DNA from: Candidatus Levybacteria bacterium RIFCSPHIGHO2_01_FULL_40_16
Lineage (GTDB): Bacteria; Patescibacteriota; Microgenomatia; Levybacterales; UBA12049
Direction of reading: 5' to 3'
DNA length: 64,000 nucleotides
NCBI GenBank assembly: GCA_001783805.1
Contig: MFNS01000001.1
Location: forward strand, 128,649 to 192,648
The notes beneath the pieces are model-generated. The model had not been told where the DNA came from. It saw nothing but the letters and a program-made list of their open reading frames with translations, and did no database searches. This document shows positions 29,122-39,291 of this stretch, in pieces. Each line of letters begins with the position of its first letter. Positions within the stretch are counted from its first letter, which is position 1. The position numbers and the translations under genes were made by a program.

Positions 29122-30724
29122 CATATTCTTAATTATTCTGATTGCATTGTATGGTGTCGTGATGTTTTCGGTTATTTCGTGGGGAGTGCCAACAGGAACG
29201 CGTCCGTTTACCTACAATATGGATGAGTGGCACCAGCTGGAAGCTGTGAGGGCTCTTTTTACTCGGGGTACTCCCAATGTTCCGGGCGCTGCGCATGGAT
29301 CAATTTTTCAATTTCTTGTATCCGGGATTTATCTGATTCCCTTTGTTTTTCTCGGACTTGTTAATCCTTTTACAATTCATTCATCAATCGATAATCCTGC
29401 AATGCAGGAGCGGTTATTTGTCATTTTGCGTTCAAACACTTTACTGTTTGGAGTTTTGTCAATAATTGTAGTTGCAATAACTGCAAAAAAATATCTTAAG
29501 ACCAATCCCGCTTTTGCCGCAATTCTAATGATGGGAACTCCCATTTGGCTGACACTAAGCAGTTATTTTAAGTATGATGTAGCATTGATTTTTTGGATTG
29601 CACTCTCCTTATTCTTCCTTTTGAGATATGCAAAAAAACCTACTTTAAGAAACTTTATTTATTCTGCGATTCCTTGCGCCTTATCGCTTGCGACGAAAGT
29701 CTCTGCCGTTCCAATGCTGATAATTTATTCTTTTAGTTTTTTTTGGTTTACTCCACATTGGCGTAAAAATTATAAATATCTAGTATTGGGAATTATTACT
29801 TTTCTAGGAATTTTCATAATCTTAGGGGTTCCTGATCTAATTTTTAGATGGAGTGATTATTCGGAATATTTGTCTTCAAATCTGATTACCGCCGTACAAA
29901 ACGATAACAATTATCTATTAGGAGTTTCAAATAAATGGATTTACATTCTCTTTACAATATTTCCAATGATTTTTGGTCACATTTTCTATGTATTATTTTT
30001 TATAACCTTCATATATTGGTTTATTAAAATAATAAAACTATTTCAAGTAAAAAAACATGTTAATTATAAAAGTGAGATTTTTTTATTTTTCTCGTTAAAA
30101 ATTTTTCTTTTATCTTTGGTCCCTTTGGGCTTGGGGGCAACGGGAAACAGATCGCTAGTTCTTCTCCCGTTTTTCGCATTGTTATCGGCAAAATTTATAG
30201 CTAATATTCTGAAGCTTAAGAAATATAAGCTGTATCTCGTTATCTCAATAAGTATTTTGATATTGCTGCAATTTCATGAATCGTCAGTAGTAATTACTGC
30301 AAAATACAATAAAAGTGCTCTACAAAGATCATCAGATTGGATAGTTAAAAATATACATAAGGACACAGTTGTTGGCATAGAAAATATACCAATTTATCAA
30401 ACGCTTCCGGACATCATGCTTAAAGAATATTATTTAAGTACATCAAACAAGCATGTAAAAACAAACTACGCGTATGAAATTGTAAATTCATTATCGGAAA
30501 AACTTCCCGAGGTTGTGATTATTACCAATAGATATATGCATGAGGAATTCGTAATAAAATCCCCAAAGAAAGATCTGTTAAAACGTCTTAAAAGAGAAAA
30601 TTATAAAGTTGTTGGTGAATTTATGCCAAACCCGCAATTGTACAAACTTTTCTATAACGATTTAGATTATTATCAATCAGGTTTAAATTTTGTATTCCCG
30701 GTGACAATATACGAGAAAGGCTAA
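29111..30724 (+). CDS. GT-C (ArnT/PMT-like) membrane glycosyltransferase
   Basis: MDE motif after TM1, KYD, ATK; polytopic. Confidence 0.65.
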   Translation: MKNNIFLIILIALYGVVMFSVISWGVPTGTRPFTYNMDEWHQLEAVRALFTRGTPNVPGAAHGSIFQFLVSGIYLIPFVFLGLVNPFTIHSSIDNPAMQERLFVILRSNTLLFGVLSIIVVAITAKKYLKTNPAFAAILMMGTPIWLTLSSYFKYDVALIFWIALSLFFLLRYAKKPTLRNFIYSAIPCALSLATKVSAVPMLIIYSFSFFWFTPHWRKNYKYLVLGIITFLGIFIILGVPDLIFRWSDYSEYLSSNLITAVQNDNNYLLGVSNKWIYILFTIFPMIFGHIFYVLFFITFIYWFIKIIKLFQVKKHVNYKSEIFLFFSLKIFLLSLVPLGLGATGNRSLVLLPFFALLSAKFIANILKLKKYKLYLVISISILILLQFHESSVVITAKYNKSALQRSSDWIVKNIHKDTVVGIENIPIYQTLPDIMLKEYYLSTSNKHVKTNYAYEIVNSLSEKLPEVVIITNRYMHEEFVIKSPKKDLLKRLKRENYKVVGEFMPNPQLYKLFYNDLDYYQSGLNFVFPVTIYEKG

Positions 30725-30741
30725 ATGGGCTATAATGCGGT

Positions 30742-31965
30742 ATGGGTTATTCGGGTAATGTTATAAAAGGAGCTTCTTGGATGAGCGGATTTAGGATCTT
30801 TACGAGAGCACTTTCTTTCTTGAAGATGGCAGTGCTAGCCAGAGTATTGACCCCTTCGCAATTTGGTATTTTCGGCATTGCAACACTTGTTTTAATGCTT
30901 CTTGAAATGCTTACGGAAACAGGTATAAATATTATTCTAATTCAATCAAAAAATAAAATTGACGAATATATCAGTTCAGCTTGGATAGTTTCTATTATCA
31001 GGGGTATATTTATTAGCTTGTGTATTATTCTGTCAACTTCTTTCATAACCTCTTTTTTTAATGCGCCCGAAGCATTTAACATTTTGCTTTTAATTAGCGC
31101 AATACCATTCATTCGGGGATTTATTAATCCCGCCGAAGTAAAATTGCAGAAAGATTTAAAATTTCATTATGAATTTTGGTTCAGGACTTCTATTTTTACT
31201 TTTGACGTAATCGTGACTCTAATTCTCGTAGTTTTAACTCGTTCCGTTTATGGTCTTGTGTGGGGATTGATGGCGGGAGCTTTGCTTGAAGTTGCAATTT
31301 CTTTTATTTTGATAAGACCGTTACCGAAGCTGAATGTCCGTAAAAATTACTTTAAGGAAATCTTTCACAAAGGAAAATGGGTAACGGCTTACGGTTTTTT
31401 TAATTATATTGCTCAACAAGGAGGCAATATCGTAGTTGGAAGGGTTATGGGGGCATCCGCATTGGGAATTTATGGAATTGCCTACAATATCTCGACTCTT
31501 CCGATATCTGAAATTACAGACGTAATCAGTAAGGTAGTTTTTCCTGTCTACGCGAAAATAGCGGGAGACATACAAAGATTAAAGTCTGCATTTATTAAGA
31601 GTACATTGGTCATTGCTTCATTAACAACAATAATGGGCGCAGTTCTTTTCTTATTCCCAAGTCAGATAATCACTATTGTTTTGGGAAGCAAATGGTTATC
31701 CGCTATTCCCGTTTTAAAAATACTCGTAGTCTATAGCGTACTTAGGGCGATATCGGGATCAGCATCGGCGTTATTTTTGGGAGTAGAAAAACAAAAATAT
31801 GTGACCAACATGACGTTTCTACGTTTTGCCGGACTTGCTATAACAATTTATCCTCTGGTTAAAATGTTTGGTTTAGTTGGTGCGGGATATTCCGCTTTAA
31901 TTTCCGTGATCGTTGAGATTCCTGTTATTGCGTATTACGTTGTTAAAGTTTTCAAAAATAAATAA
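30742..31965 (+). CDS. wzx: Wzx/WzxC-type polysaccharide flippase
   Basis: LARVLTPSQFG, ALGIY, FPVYAKI, LGSKW; ~12 TM segments. Confidence 0.85.
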   Translation: MGYSGNVIKGASWMSGFRIFTRALSFLKMAVLARVLTPSQFGIFGIATLVLMLLEMLTETGINIILIQSKNKIDEYISSAWIVSIIRGIFISLCIILSTSFITSFFNAPEAFNILLLISAIPFIRGFINPAEVKLQKDLKFHYEFWFRTSIFTFDVIVTLILVVLTRSVYGLVWGLMAGALLEVAISFILIRPLPKLNVRKNYFKEIFHKGKWVTAYGFFNYIAQQGGNIVVGRVMGASALGIYGIAYNISTLPISEITDVISKVVFPVYAKIAGDIQRLKSAFIKSTLVIASLTTIMGAVLFLFPSQIITIVLGSKWLSAIPVLKILVVYSVLRAISGSASALFLGVEKQKYVTNMTFLRFAGLAITIYPLVKMFGLVGAGYSALISVIVEIPVIAYYVVKVFKNK

Positions 31966-33090
31966 ATGAAAATTGCAGTATTTTATAATTTAAAATTCAG
32001 CGGAGCAAAGCGAACCGTACAAGAACACGTAAAAGGATTAAAGGCCCTTGGGCACACTGTTGATGTGTATACTACCGATGAAGAGCATGATATTTTTGAT
32101 CCAAGAAATGTTGCCAGTAATGAATATAGATATGAATACCGGCAAATAATAGTTTACATTCCGCTTTTGAAGCGTATTGTCAGAGATTTAAGTGATTTTG
32201 ACGTACTTAAATCGATTCACAGAAAAATTGCACTAGACATAGACAACAGAAATTATGACATTGTTCTTGTTCATACGGACAGAATGACGCAAGCTCCGTT
32301 TATTTTGCGTTTTTTGAAAACGAAAAATGTTTATTTCTGTATGGAACCGTTAAAAATGGTTTATGAATATGGCTTGAGGATTCCCGATAACCTTTCCGTT
32401 TTTAATAAGATATATGAAGCATGGAATCGATATATGCGTAAAAAGATTGACAGGAAGAATGCTAGAGCTTCCGATTTCTCAATGGCAATAAGTTATTTTG
32501 GAAGAGAATTGATGATTCAGGCTTTTGACCTATATCCAAAAATTTCTTATTTAGGGGTAGATACAGAAAAATTTAAAAATTTGAATATTCCTAAAAAAAA
32601 CCAAGTTCTTTTTGTTGGTCAAAAATTAAAACTTAACGGATATGAACAAGCGCTGGAAGCAATTAAGCTCATTCCTGAAAAAATCAGGCCGGAATTAAAA
32701 ATTCTCTCAATATCAAAAAACAGCCGTGAACGGTTGTCGGATGGAGAGATAATAAAATTATATAATGAATCTTTGATTACCTTATCATTAAGTAACCTTG
32801 ACACGTTTGGGCTTGTAGCACTTGAATCACTGGCATGTGAGGTTCCCGTGATTGCCTTTAATGTTGCAGGCTATCGGGAAACGATGATAAATGGGGAGAC
32901 CGGATATCTCGTTAATTTTTCGGCTCAAGAAATTGCCAATAAAATAACAAAACTTTTAAAAAATCCAAAACTTAGAACTGTGATGGGAAAAGCAGGAAGG
33001 AAATGGGTTGAAGAACAATGGACATGGAAAAAACAGATTAAAAATCTTGAAACATTACTTATTGAATATGCAGGCAATAAGAGAAGCTAA
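31966..33090 (+). CDS. GT4 family glycosyltransferase
   Basis: GVDTEKF, DTFGLVALESLACEVPV, ETGYLV. Confidence 0.87.
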   Translation: MKIAVFYNLKFSGAKRTVQEHVKGLKALGHTVDVYTTDEEHDIFDPRNVASNEYRYEYRQIIVYIPLLKRIVRDLSDFDVLKSIHRKIALDIDNRNYDIVLVHTDRMTQAPFILRFLKTKNVYFCMEPLKMVYEYGLRIPDNLSVFNKIYEAWNRYMRKKIDRKNARASDFSMAISYFGRELMIQAFDLYPKISYLGVDTEKFKNLNIPKKNQVLFVGQKLKLNGYEQALEAIKLIPEKIRPELKILSISKNSRERLSDGEIIKLYNESLITLSLSNLDTFGLVALESLACEVPVIAFNVAGYRETMINGETGYLVNFSAQEIANKITKLLKNPKLRTVMGKAGRKWVEEQWTWKKQIKNLETLLIEYAGNKRS

Positions 33091-33916
33091 AAATTATAAG
33101 GTAAAAGAAAGTTTTCTAATCCACTTTCTTGAGAAATATTGGTTTATCCCGTCTGACGTGTTGCAGCGGGGGGTAGAAGCAAACATTTGGGATTTGTGTA
33201 GTTTTAAAAAACCGATACTTGATATCGGAATTGGGAATGGACAAATGAGTAATTTTATTTTTAAGAATAGCCCGCAGATAGATGTCGGGATTGATTTGGA
33301 GGAAGGCGGTCTGGAAAGCGCTAGGAAAACAAACAAATACATAAAAGTGCTTCAAGCTAATGCAGAGAACATGCCTTTTAAAAACGCATCGTTTAATTCC
33401 GTTGTCAGCAATAGTACGTTTGAACACATCGTTAATGACCTTAAGGCGATATCAGAAGTATCACGTGTCTTAGAAAAGGGCGGCCTGTTTTTTACAACTA
33501 TACCAAGTGGATATTTGCAAAAATGGATCTTGGAATATGAAAAAGTGAAAAATAAAGCAAAATCGCAAGAAAATTTAAGGATTTTCAATAAAAGAGCAAA
33601 TCACCTGCATTATAGATCCCTAGCTAATTGGAAAAAGATCTTTAGAGACAATAGCCTTAAGCTTGTGTTCCATAAATATTATTTTCCAAAAAAAACCGCT
33701 TTATTTTGGTACAAACTTTTTAAAATATTTACCTATAAATTGCACGGTCGTGAAATGTGGTCAATTATTGTCAATTCTAGAATAACTAAATTTATTCCTA
33801 AAGATCTGGTGATAAAATATTTGAAAAATATGCTTTTGAAAAACGTTTATGAAAAAGGTTTTTTTGTCAATTCCGGTAATGGCGCTCAATTATTTATGAT
33901 AGTAAGAAAGATATAG
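33068..33916 (+). CDS. Class I SAM-dependent methyltransferase
   Basis: ILDIGIGNG, MPF, NSTFEHI. Confidence 0.85.
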   Translation: MQAIREAKNYKVKESFLIHFLEKYWFIPSDVLQRGVEANIWDLCSFKKPILDIGIGNGQMSNFIFKNSPQIDVGIDLEEGGLESARKTNKYIKVLQANAENMPFKNASFNSVVSNSTFEHIVNDLKAISEVSRVLEKGGLFFTTIPSGYLQKWILEYEKVKNKAKSQENLRIFNKRANHLHYRSLANWKKIFRDNSLKLVFHKYYFPKKTALFWYKLFKIFTYKLHGREMWSIIVNSRITKFIPKDLVIKYLKNMLLKNVYEKGFFVNSGNGAQLFMIVRKI

Positions 33917-33927
33917 TTGTTAAACTT

Positions 33928-36126
33928 ATGGTATCGATAATAATTGTCAATTATAGGGTTGAAAAAGAATTGACGGTTTGCATTTCTTCTATTTTAGAGT
34001 CAAAGCCGAAAGTAAAATTTGAAATAATTGTTGTTGATAATAGCTCAAGCGATAGGTTGAGGGAAGACTTAAGAAAAATCTCTCAAATAAAATATATAAG
34101 AAGCAAAAGAAATATTGGATTCGGAGCAGGAAACAATCTAGGCAATAAATTTGCATCAGGAAAATATCTATTTTTCTTAAATCCGGATACGATCGTAAAA
34201 AAAAGCGTTGTCGATGTCCTTTATAATTTTATGGATAATAATTCAAGCGCTGGCATGATTGCACCGCTTCTTCTTGATCCTTCTGGAAATACATATCCCA
34301 ATCAGGGAAGTAATGAGTATAATTTAGTAAGCGCTTTAGTTACGGAGTCTTTTATAAATAAACTTTTCCCCAATAATCCAATCTCAAAAAACTTTTTTCA
34401 CAAAAATTGGGCAAAAAATGAAACTGAGGAATTTGATGTTGTTCCGGGTACTGCGTTTATGATTTCTAAAGATCTTTTTGAAAAAATCGGAATGTTTGAT
34501 GAAAAATTCTTTTTATATTTTGAAGAATACGATTTGGCAAAAAGGATAAAAGAACTGGAATATAAAAATTATATTGTTCCGCAGGCAAAAGTAATACATG
34601 TATGGGAAGCGAGCGCTAAAAAAAGAAAAGATATAAATAATATTTTTTCTCAAAGCCGTCATTATTTTTTTAAAAAAAACTATGGAGCGCTTTTTGCCTC
34701 AATTGTCAACATTGTCTCAAGCATAGGTAAATTTGAGTTTATTTTAGGTTTCATTCTTGGTATCTCCGTCTTTTTGAGTTTATTCAGAATTAGAGAATTA
34801 ATGATTTTTATAGGTGATCAGGGGTGGTTTTATCTGTCGGCCAGAGACATGCTGATAAACGGCCAAATTCCGCTTGTGGGTATTGCTTCAAGCCATCCCT
34901 GGCTGCATCAAGGCCCATTCTGGACATACTTGCTGGCTTCTTTTCTTTGGATATTTCACTTTAATCCTGTTTCGGGAGCATATCTTACCGCTTTTCTAGG
35001 AGCTTTATCGGTTTTGATGATGTATTTAGTCGGATCAGCTCTTTTTTCAAAAAGAGTAGGTTTATTGGCGTCCTTATTTTATGCAACATCACCTTTGATA
35101 ATTTTCTATATGCGGTTGCCATATCACACGAGTCCAATTCCTTTTTTTGTTCTGATTTATATTTTTTTCCTAAATAAAGTCGTCCAGGGCAAATCAATTT
35201 ATCTGCCGATGACATTAACACTGTTAAGCATTCTTTATAATTTTGAAATCGCAACTTCTACTCTTGGAGTGGTTCTCGTCGGGGTGTTAATATGCAAAAT
35301 AATTAAAAAAAAGATTCTTATTAATAAAATTTTAAATAAAAAAATTGTAATATTGTCTGTAATTGCATTTATAACTCCCCTATTGCCTATGATATTGTAC
35401 GACGTGAAAAATGGATTTCCGCAAACTTTAAAATTTGCTGCCTGGAGCCTCTATAGATCGGTTTCGTTGTTTGGGGATAATCCGCAACAAACGTTTTCAA
35501 TAAATAAAATTATTATCATGTTTAATTTTTTATTTATTAATTTTACAAAAATAATTTTTGTTCAAAGTAATTTAGTTTCCTTAATAATTCTTTTATTCTT
35601 GATAGGTTGGGTTATCTATATGCGGTTGAAGAAAAAAAAAGCCGGCTCATTCAGTTTAGTTTTCCTTTTGGTTTTCATTCCACTTATGCTTGTTATTTTT
35701 AATCAAGTTCCGTCGGATGCATATCTTCCTATATTTTTTCCAACTATAATTCTCCTTTTATCCGCATTTATAGATTTTATTATGAATAAAAAAGCAATGT
35801 TTATTCCGGTATCTATCCTTATAATCATCTTAGCTGCGGGCAATATTAACTTTATGTTAAAAAATGATTTTGCGTTTGATAAACCAAGCAAGTTATTTAC
35901 CCTAGATAACCGTTTGCAGGCAGTACATCAAATATTGGATATAACAGGAAATAGAAACTATAATTTAAAAGGTAAAGGACAGGGAAGTCAATTTGAAAGT
36001 TTTACCATGAATTACGAATATCTGGCCTGGTGGTTAGGCCATGGGCCGTCAACGAATAACGAAAATCTTAGGATATATGTATCGGAATCCGTAAAAGGTA
36101 TAAAAATAGAGGAAGATAATAAATGA
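33928..36126 (+). CDS. GT2 glycosyltransferase fused to an ArnT/PMT-like GT-C domain
   Basis: N-terminal VVDN/NIGFGAGNN/LNPDT/FDEKFFLYFEE, then FIGDQG..HQGP and multiple TM segments. Confidence 0.8.
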   Translation: MVSIIIVNYRVEKELTVCISSILESKPKVKFEIIVVDNSSSDRLREDLRKISQIKYIRSKRNIGFGAGNNLGNKFASGKYLFFLNPDTIVKKSVVDVLYNFMDNNSSAGMIAPLLLDPSGNTYPNQGSNEYNLVSALVTESFINKLFPNNPISKNFFHKNWAKNETEEFDVVPGTAFMISKDLFEKIGMFDEKFFLYFEEYDLAKRIKELEYKNYIVPQAKVIHVWEASAKKRKDINNIFSQSRHYFFKKNYGALFASIVNIVSSIGKFEFILGFILGISVFLSLFRIRELMIFIGDQGWFYLSARDMLINGQIPLVGIASSHPWLHQGPFWTYLLASFLWIFHFNPVSGAYLTAFLGALSVLMMYLVGSALFSKRVGLLASLFYATSPLIIFYMRLPYHTSPIPFFVLIYIFFLNKVVQGKSIYLPMTLTLLSILYNFEIATSTLGVVLVGVLICKIIKKKILINKILNKKIVILSVIAFITPLLPMILYDVKNGFPQTLKFAAWSLYRSVSLFGDNPQQTFSINKIIIMFNFLFINFTKIIFVQSNLVSLIILLFLIGWVIYMRLKKKKAGSFSLVFLLVFIPLMLVIFNQVPSDAYLPIFFPTIILLLSAFIDFIMNKKAMFIPVSILIIILAAGNINFMLKNDFAFDKPSKLFTLDNRLQAVHQILDITGNRNYNLKGKGQGSQFESFTMNYEYLAWWLGHGPSTNNENLRIYVSESVKGIKIEEDNK

Positions 36127-36869
36127 TTAGCGTAGTAATTTTAACAAAAAATGAAGAAGAAAATATCGCAAGATGTCTGGAGTCAGTCAGATGGTGCAAT
36201 GAAATTATTATCGTTGATGATAATTCAACTGATAGAACTATTGAAATTGCTAAAAAATATAAAACAGCAATATACTCGCGTACATTAAATAATGATTTTT
36301 CGTCTCAACGCAATTTCGGATTATCCAAATGCAAAAACGAATGGATGCTTTTTCTCGATAGTGACGAGGTAATTTCGGATCCGTTAGTTTATGAGATGCA
36401 AAACGCAATTAGCCTTAAAGATCAAAATTTAAGAAACTTTAACGGATTTTATCTCAGAAGATCGGATTTTATGTGGGGAAAACGCCTAGAACACGGAGAA
36501 ACAAATATAAAATTATTAAGATTGGGAAGAAAAGGAACGGGCATTTGGAAAGGTATCGCTCATGAGAGATGGAATATTGAAGGTTTGGTTGGAAATTTGA
36601 TAAATCCCATACTTCATTACCCTCACAGAAATCTGGAAGAATTCCTTAGGGAAATAAATTTCTATACGGACATTAGGGCAAAGGAATTAAAAGATAAAAA
36701 CGTTAAGGTGTTTTTCTGGTCGATACTTTTATACCCCATAGGCAAATTCTTAGTTAATTATTTTATCAGAGGTGGATTTCTAGATGGAATTCATGGTTTG
36801 GTTATCGCAATAACTATGTCCTTCCATTCATTTTTGGTTAGGGGTAAGTTGTGGATAAGAAATGAATAA
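36123..36869 (+). CDS. GT2 glycosyltransferase (beta-1,4-glucosyltransferase-like)
   Basis: TKNEEENI, DDNSTD, FSSQRN, LDSDE, GFLDG. Confidence 0.87.
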   Translation: MISVVILTKNEEENIARCLESVRWCNEIIIVDDNSTDRTIEIAKKYKTAIYSRTLNNDFSSQRNFGLSKCKNEWMLFLDSDEVISDPLVYEMQNAISLKDQNLRNFNGFYLRRSDFMWGKRLEHGETNIKLLRLGRKGTGIWKGIAHERWNIEGLVGNLINPILHYPHRNLEEFLREINFYTDIRAKELKDKNVKVFFWSILLYPIGKFLVNYFIRGGFLDGIHGLVIAITMSFHSFLVRGKLWIRNE

Positions 36870-38085
36870 GAATAATGGGATAAAAAAATGCCGCTCCTGC
36901 TTATCTAAAAAATTAATAGACATTCTTTCTTTAGGGGAACAATGCTTATCGGATTTTCTGGTGGACGACAAAATGCCCAAGAAGTATCCCCTGGATTTAG
37001 TTTTATGTACCGAGTGTGACTTATTGCAGTTAAAAAACACCGTTCCGCAAAAATTTTTATATACCTCAAGGTATGGCTATAGATCAGGAATAAACAATAC
37101 GATGAAAAATGAATTAAAAAGAATTGTTGAAGTTTCGTTGAGCAAAATTAATACTAATAAAAAAATAGTAGCATTGGATATAGGCGCAAATGACGGAACA
37201 TTACTAAGCTTTTATCGTAAGAATATATTCAAGATTGCAGTTGAGCCAATTAAGAAATTTTCATCGGAATGCCGTAAGCATGCAGATGCTGTCATAAATG
37301 ATTTTTTTAATTATGAATCTTATAAAGCAAAGCTAAAGAATGTGAAGGCAGATATTGTTACGGCTATCTCCTGTTTTTATGACATAGATGATCCAAATAA
37401 ATTTGTGTCAGATGTAAGCAAAGTGCTGGACGAGAATGGATTATTTGTTATATCTCAGAACTATTTGGTTGGAATGCTGAAGAATAATGCGTTTGACAAT
37501 ATGGTACACGAACACCTTGAGTATTATTCTCTTTTATCTCTTGAAAAATTAATGGCAAGACACGGCTTAGAAGTTTTTAATGTAGAAAAAACGCAGATTA
37601 ACGGAGGAAGCTTTATAACCTTTATTTCTCATAAAAATATGAGAACGGTTGGCAAATCTGTAATTAAATTGAGAGAATACGAAAAAAATTTAAAACTTAA
37701 CGAATTAAAAATCTATAATGATTTTGCAAAAAGAGTTAGAGAAAATAGTAAAGATCTTTCTAATTTAATTACAAAATTAGCGAAAGATAAAAAGAAAATT
37801 TATGTATACGGCGCATCAACTAGGGGAAATACGTTGTTGCAATTTTACAATTTGGATAATAAACTGATTAAGGCTGCAGTTGAGCGTAATCCGGAAAAAT
37901 GGGGAAAGAGAATTTCGTCTTTGAATATTCCTATTATTTCCGAGCAAGAGGCAAGAAAACAAAAGCCTGACTATATGTTGGTTTTACCCTGGTTTTTCAA
38001 AGAAGAATTTTTACAAAGAGAGAAAAATTATTTAGATTCAGGAGGACATTTTATATTTCCATTACCTAAAATTCAAATAATCTAA
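36862..38085 (+). CDS. NDP-sugar C-methyltransferase-like protein with N-terminal Zn site
   Basis: CRSC..CTECDLLQL, DIGANDGTLL, FDNMVHEH, YGASTRGNTLL, LVLPW. Confidence 0.85.
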   Translation: MNKNNGIKKCRSCLSKKLIDILSLGEQCLSDFLVDDKMPKKYPLDLVLCTECDLLQLKNTVPQKFLYTSRYGYRSGINNTMKNELKRIVEVSLSKINTNKKIVALDIGANDGTLLSFYRKNIFKIAVEPIKKFSSECRKHADAVINDFFNYESYKAKLKNVKADIVTAISCFYDIDDPNKFVSDVSKVLDENGLFVISQNYLVGMLKNNAFDNMVHEHLEYYSLLSLEKLMARHGLEVFNVEKTQINGGSFITFISHKNMRTVGKSVIKLREYEKNLKLNELKIYNDFAKRVRENSKDLSNLITKLAKDKKKIYVYGASTRGNTLLQFYNLDNKLIKAAVERNPEKWGKRISSLNIPIISEQEARKQKPDYMLVLPWFFKEEFLQREKNYLDSGGHFIFPLPKIQII

Positions 38086-39287
38086 TGAAAAAAATATTCA
38101 CTGCTATTCTATTTCTGTTTCCATTAGGGGAAATTTTACGCTTAGATTTTGCCAATGGGGTTTCTCTCAAGCCTTTAGACATTGGAGTGGGAATTATCGT
38201 AGTTTTGTGGGCAATATTTAAAATGGCAAAAAAAGAAAAAATAAAGCAAAAACGTGTTTATGTTCCGATCCTTCTATTTGCTGGATCGGGAGCGTTATCA
38301 TTATTGATTAATTATTCTAATTTGACAATTAACCAGTTTTTCATATCCTTAACGTATTTGGTAAGATGGGTTGCTTATGCAGGAATATTTTTTGTTGTCA
38401 GTGATTTCGATAAGGAGTTTAAGGAAAGAATATTAAAGTTATTAATTGTTATCGGTTCTTTAATTGTTGCTTCAGGATATTTGCAATATATTTTTTATCC
38501 CAACCTTAGAAATTTGTTTTATTTAGGGTGGGATGAGCATATGTACAGAATATTTTCCGTATTTCTTGATCCAAATTTTGCCGGAGCTTTTTTTGTTTTA
38601 TTTTTTTTGTTCTTAATAAATTTATTCCTGAAGCGAAAAAGTATTCCAATAGCTTTACTTTCATTCGTAACTTTAGGTGCGGTCTTCTTAACGTTTTCCA
38701 GAAGCGCGTTAATTATGCTTGTCGTAAGCTCGAGCCTATTATTTGTACTTATGAATAGAAAAATATTAATAGTTTTTTTGTTAGTAATTATTCTATCAGT
38801 ATTAGCAATATCATCAAGAAATTTCAATATTGAGAACATTAATTTATTCAGAGTTGCTTCATCAGAGGCCCGTATCGAAACAACAAGAAATGCCATAAAG
38901 ATAATACAAGATCATCCAATTCTCGGAGTTGGATTCAATGCCTATAGATATGCCCAGTTTCGATATGGGTTTCGTAATGAAGCAAACCCTATAAGTCACG
39001 CTGATGCCTCACCGGACAACAGTTTCTTATTTATTATGGCTACTACGGGGATTGTAGGTTTTATCTTATATTCGTTTTTGTGGCTTAGGTTACTCGAAAA
39101 TGCTTCTATTTTAGCTATTGCTTCAGTTGCGGGAGTATTCATAGACAGTCTGTTTATTAATGGCTTATTCTATCCTTTTATTGCGCTGTGGCTTTGGATA
39201 ATTTTAGCTCTTTCAATAAATCCAGCACCCTCCTCTCGAAGCGTTAAATTCAAACAGAAGAAATACAGACCTAAGCGTGCCGGTTAA
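38085..39287 (+). CDS. O-antigen ligase/Wzy_C family membrane protein
   Basis: R..S.FLDPN, LTFSRS, PILGVG, DNS..GIVG. Confidence 0.8.
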   Translation: MKKIFTAILFLFPLGEILRLDFANGVSLKPLDIGVGIIVVLWAIFKMAKKEKIKQKRVYVPILLFAGSGALSLLINYSNLTINQFFISLTYLVRWVAYAGIFFVVSDFDKEFKERILKLLIVIGSLIVASGYLQYIFYPNLRNLFYLGWDEHMYRIFSVFLDPNFAGAFFVLFFLFLINLFLKRKSIPIALLSFVTLGAVFLTFSRSALIMLVVSSSLLFVLMNRKILIVFLLVIILSVLAISSRNFNIENINLFRVASSEARIETTRNAIKIIQDHPILGVGFNAYRYAQFRYGFRNEANPISHADASPDNSFLFIMATTGIVGFILYSFLWLRLLENASILAIASVAGVFIDSLFINGLFYPFIALWLWIILALSINPAPSSRSVKFKQKKYRPKRAG

Positions 39288-39291
39288 TCAC

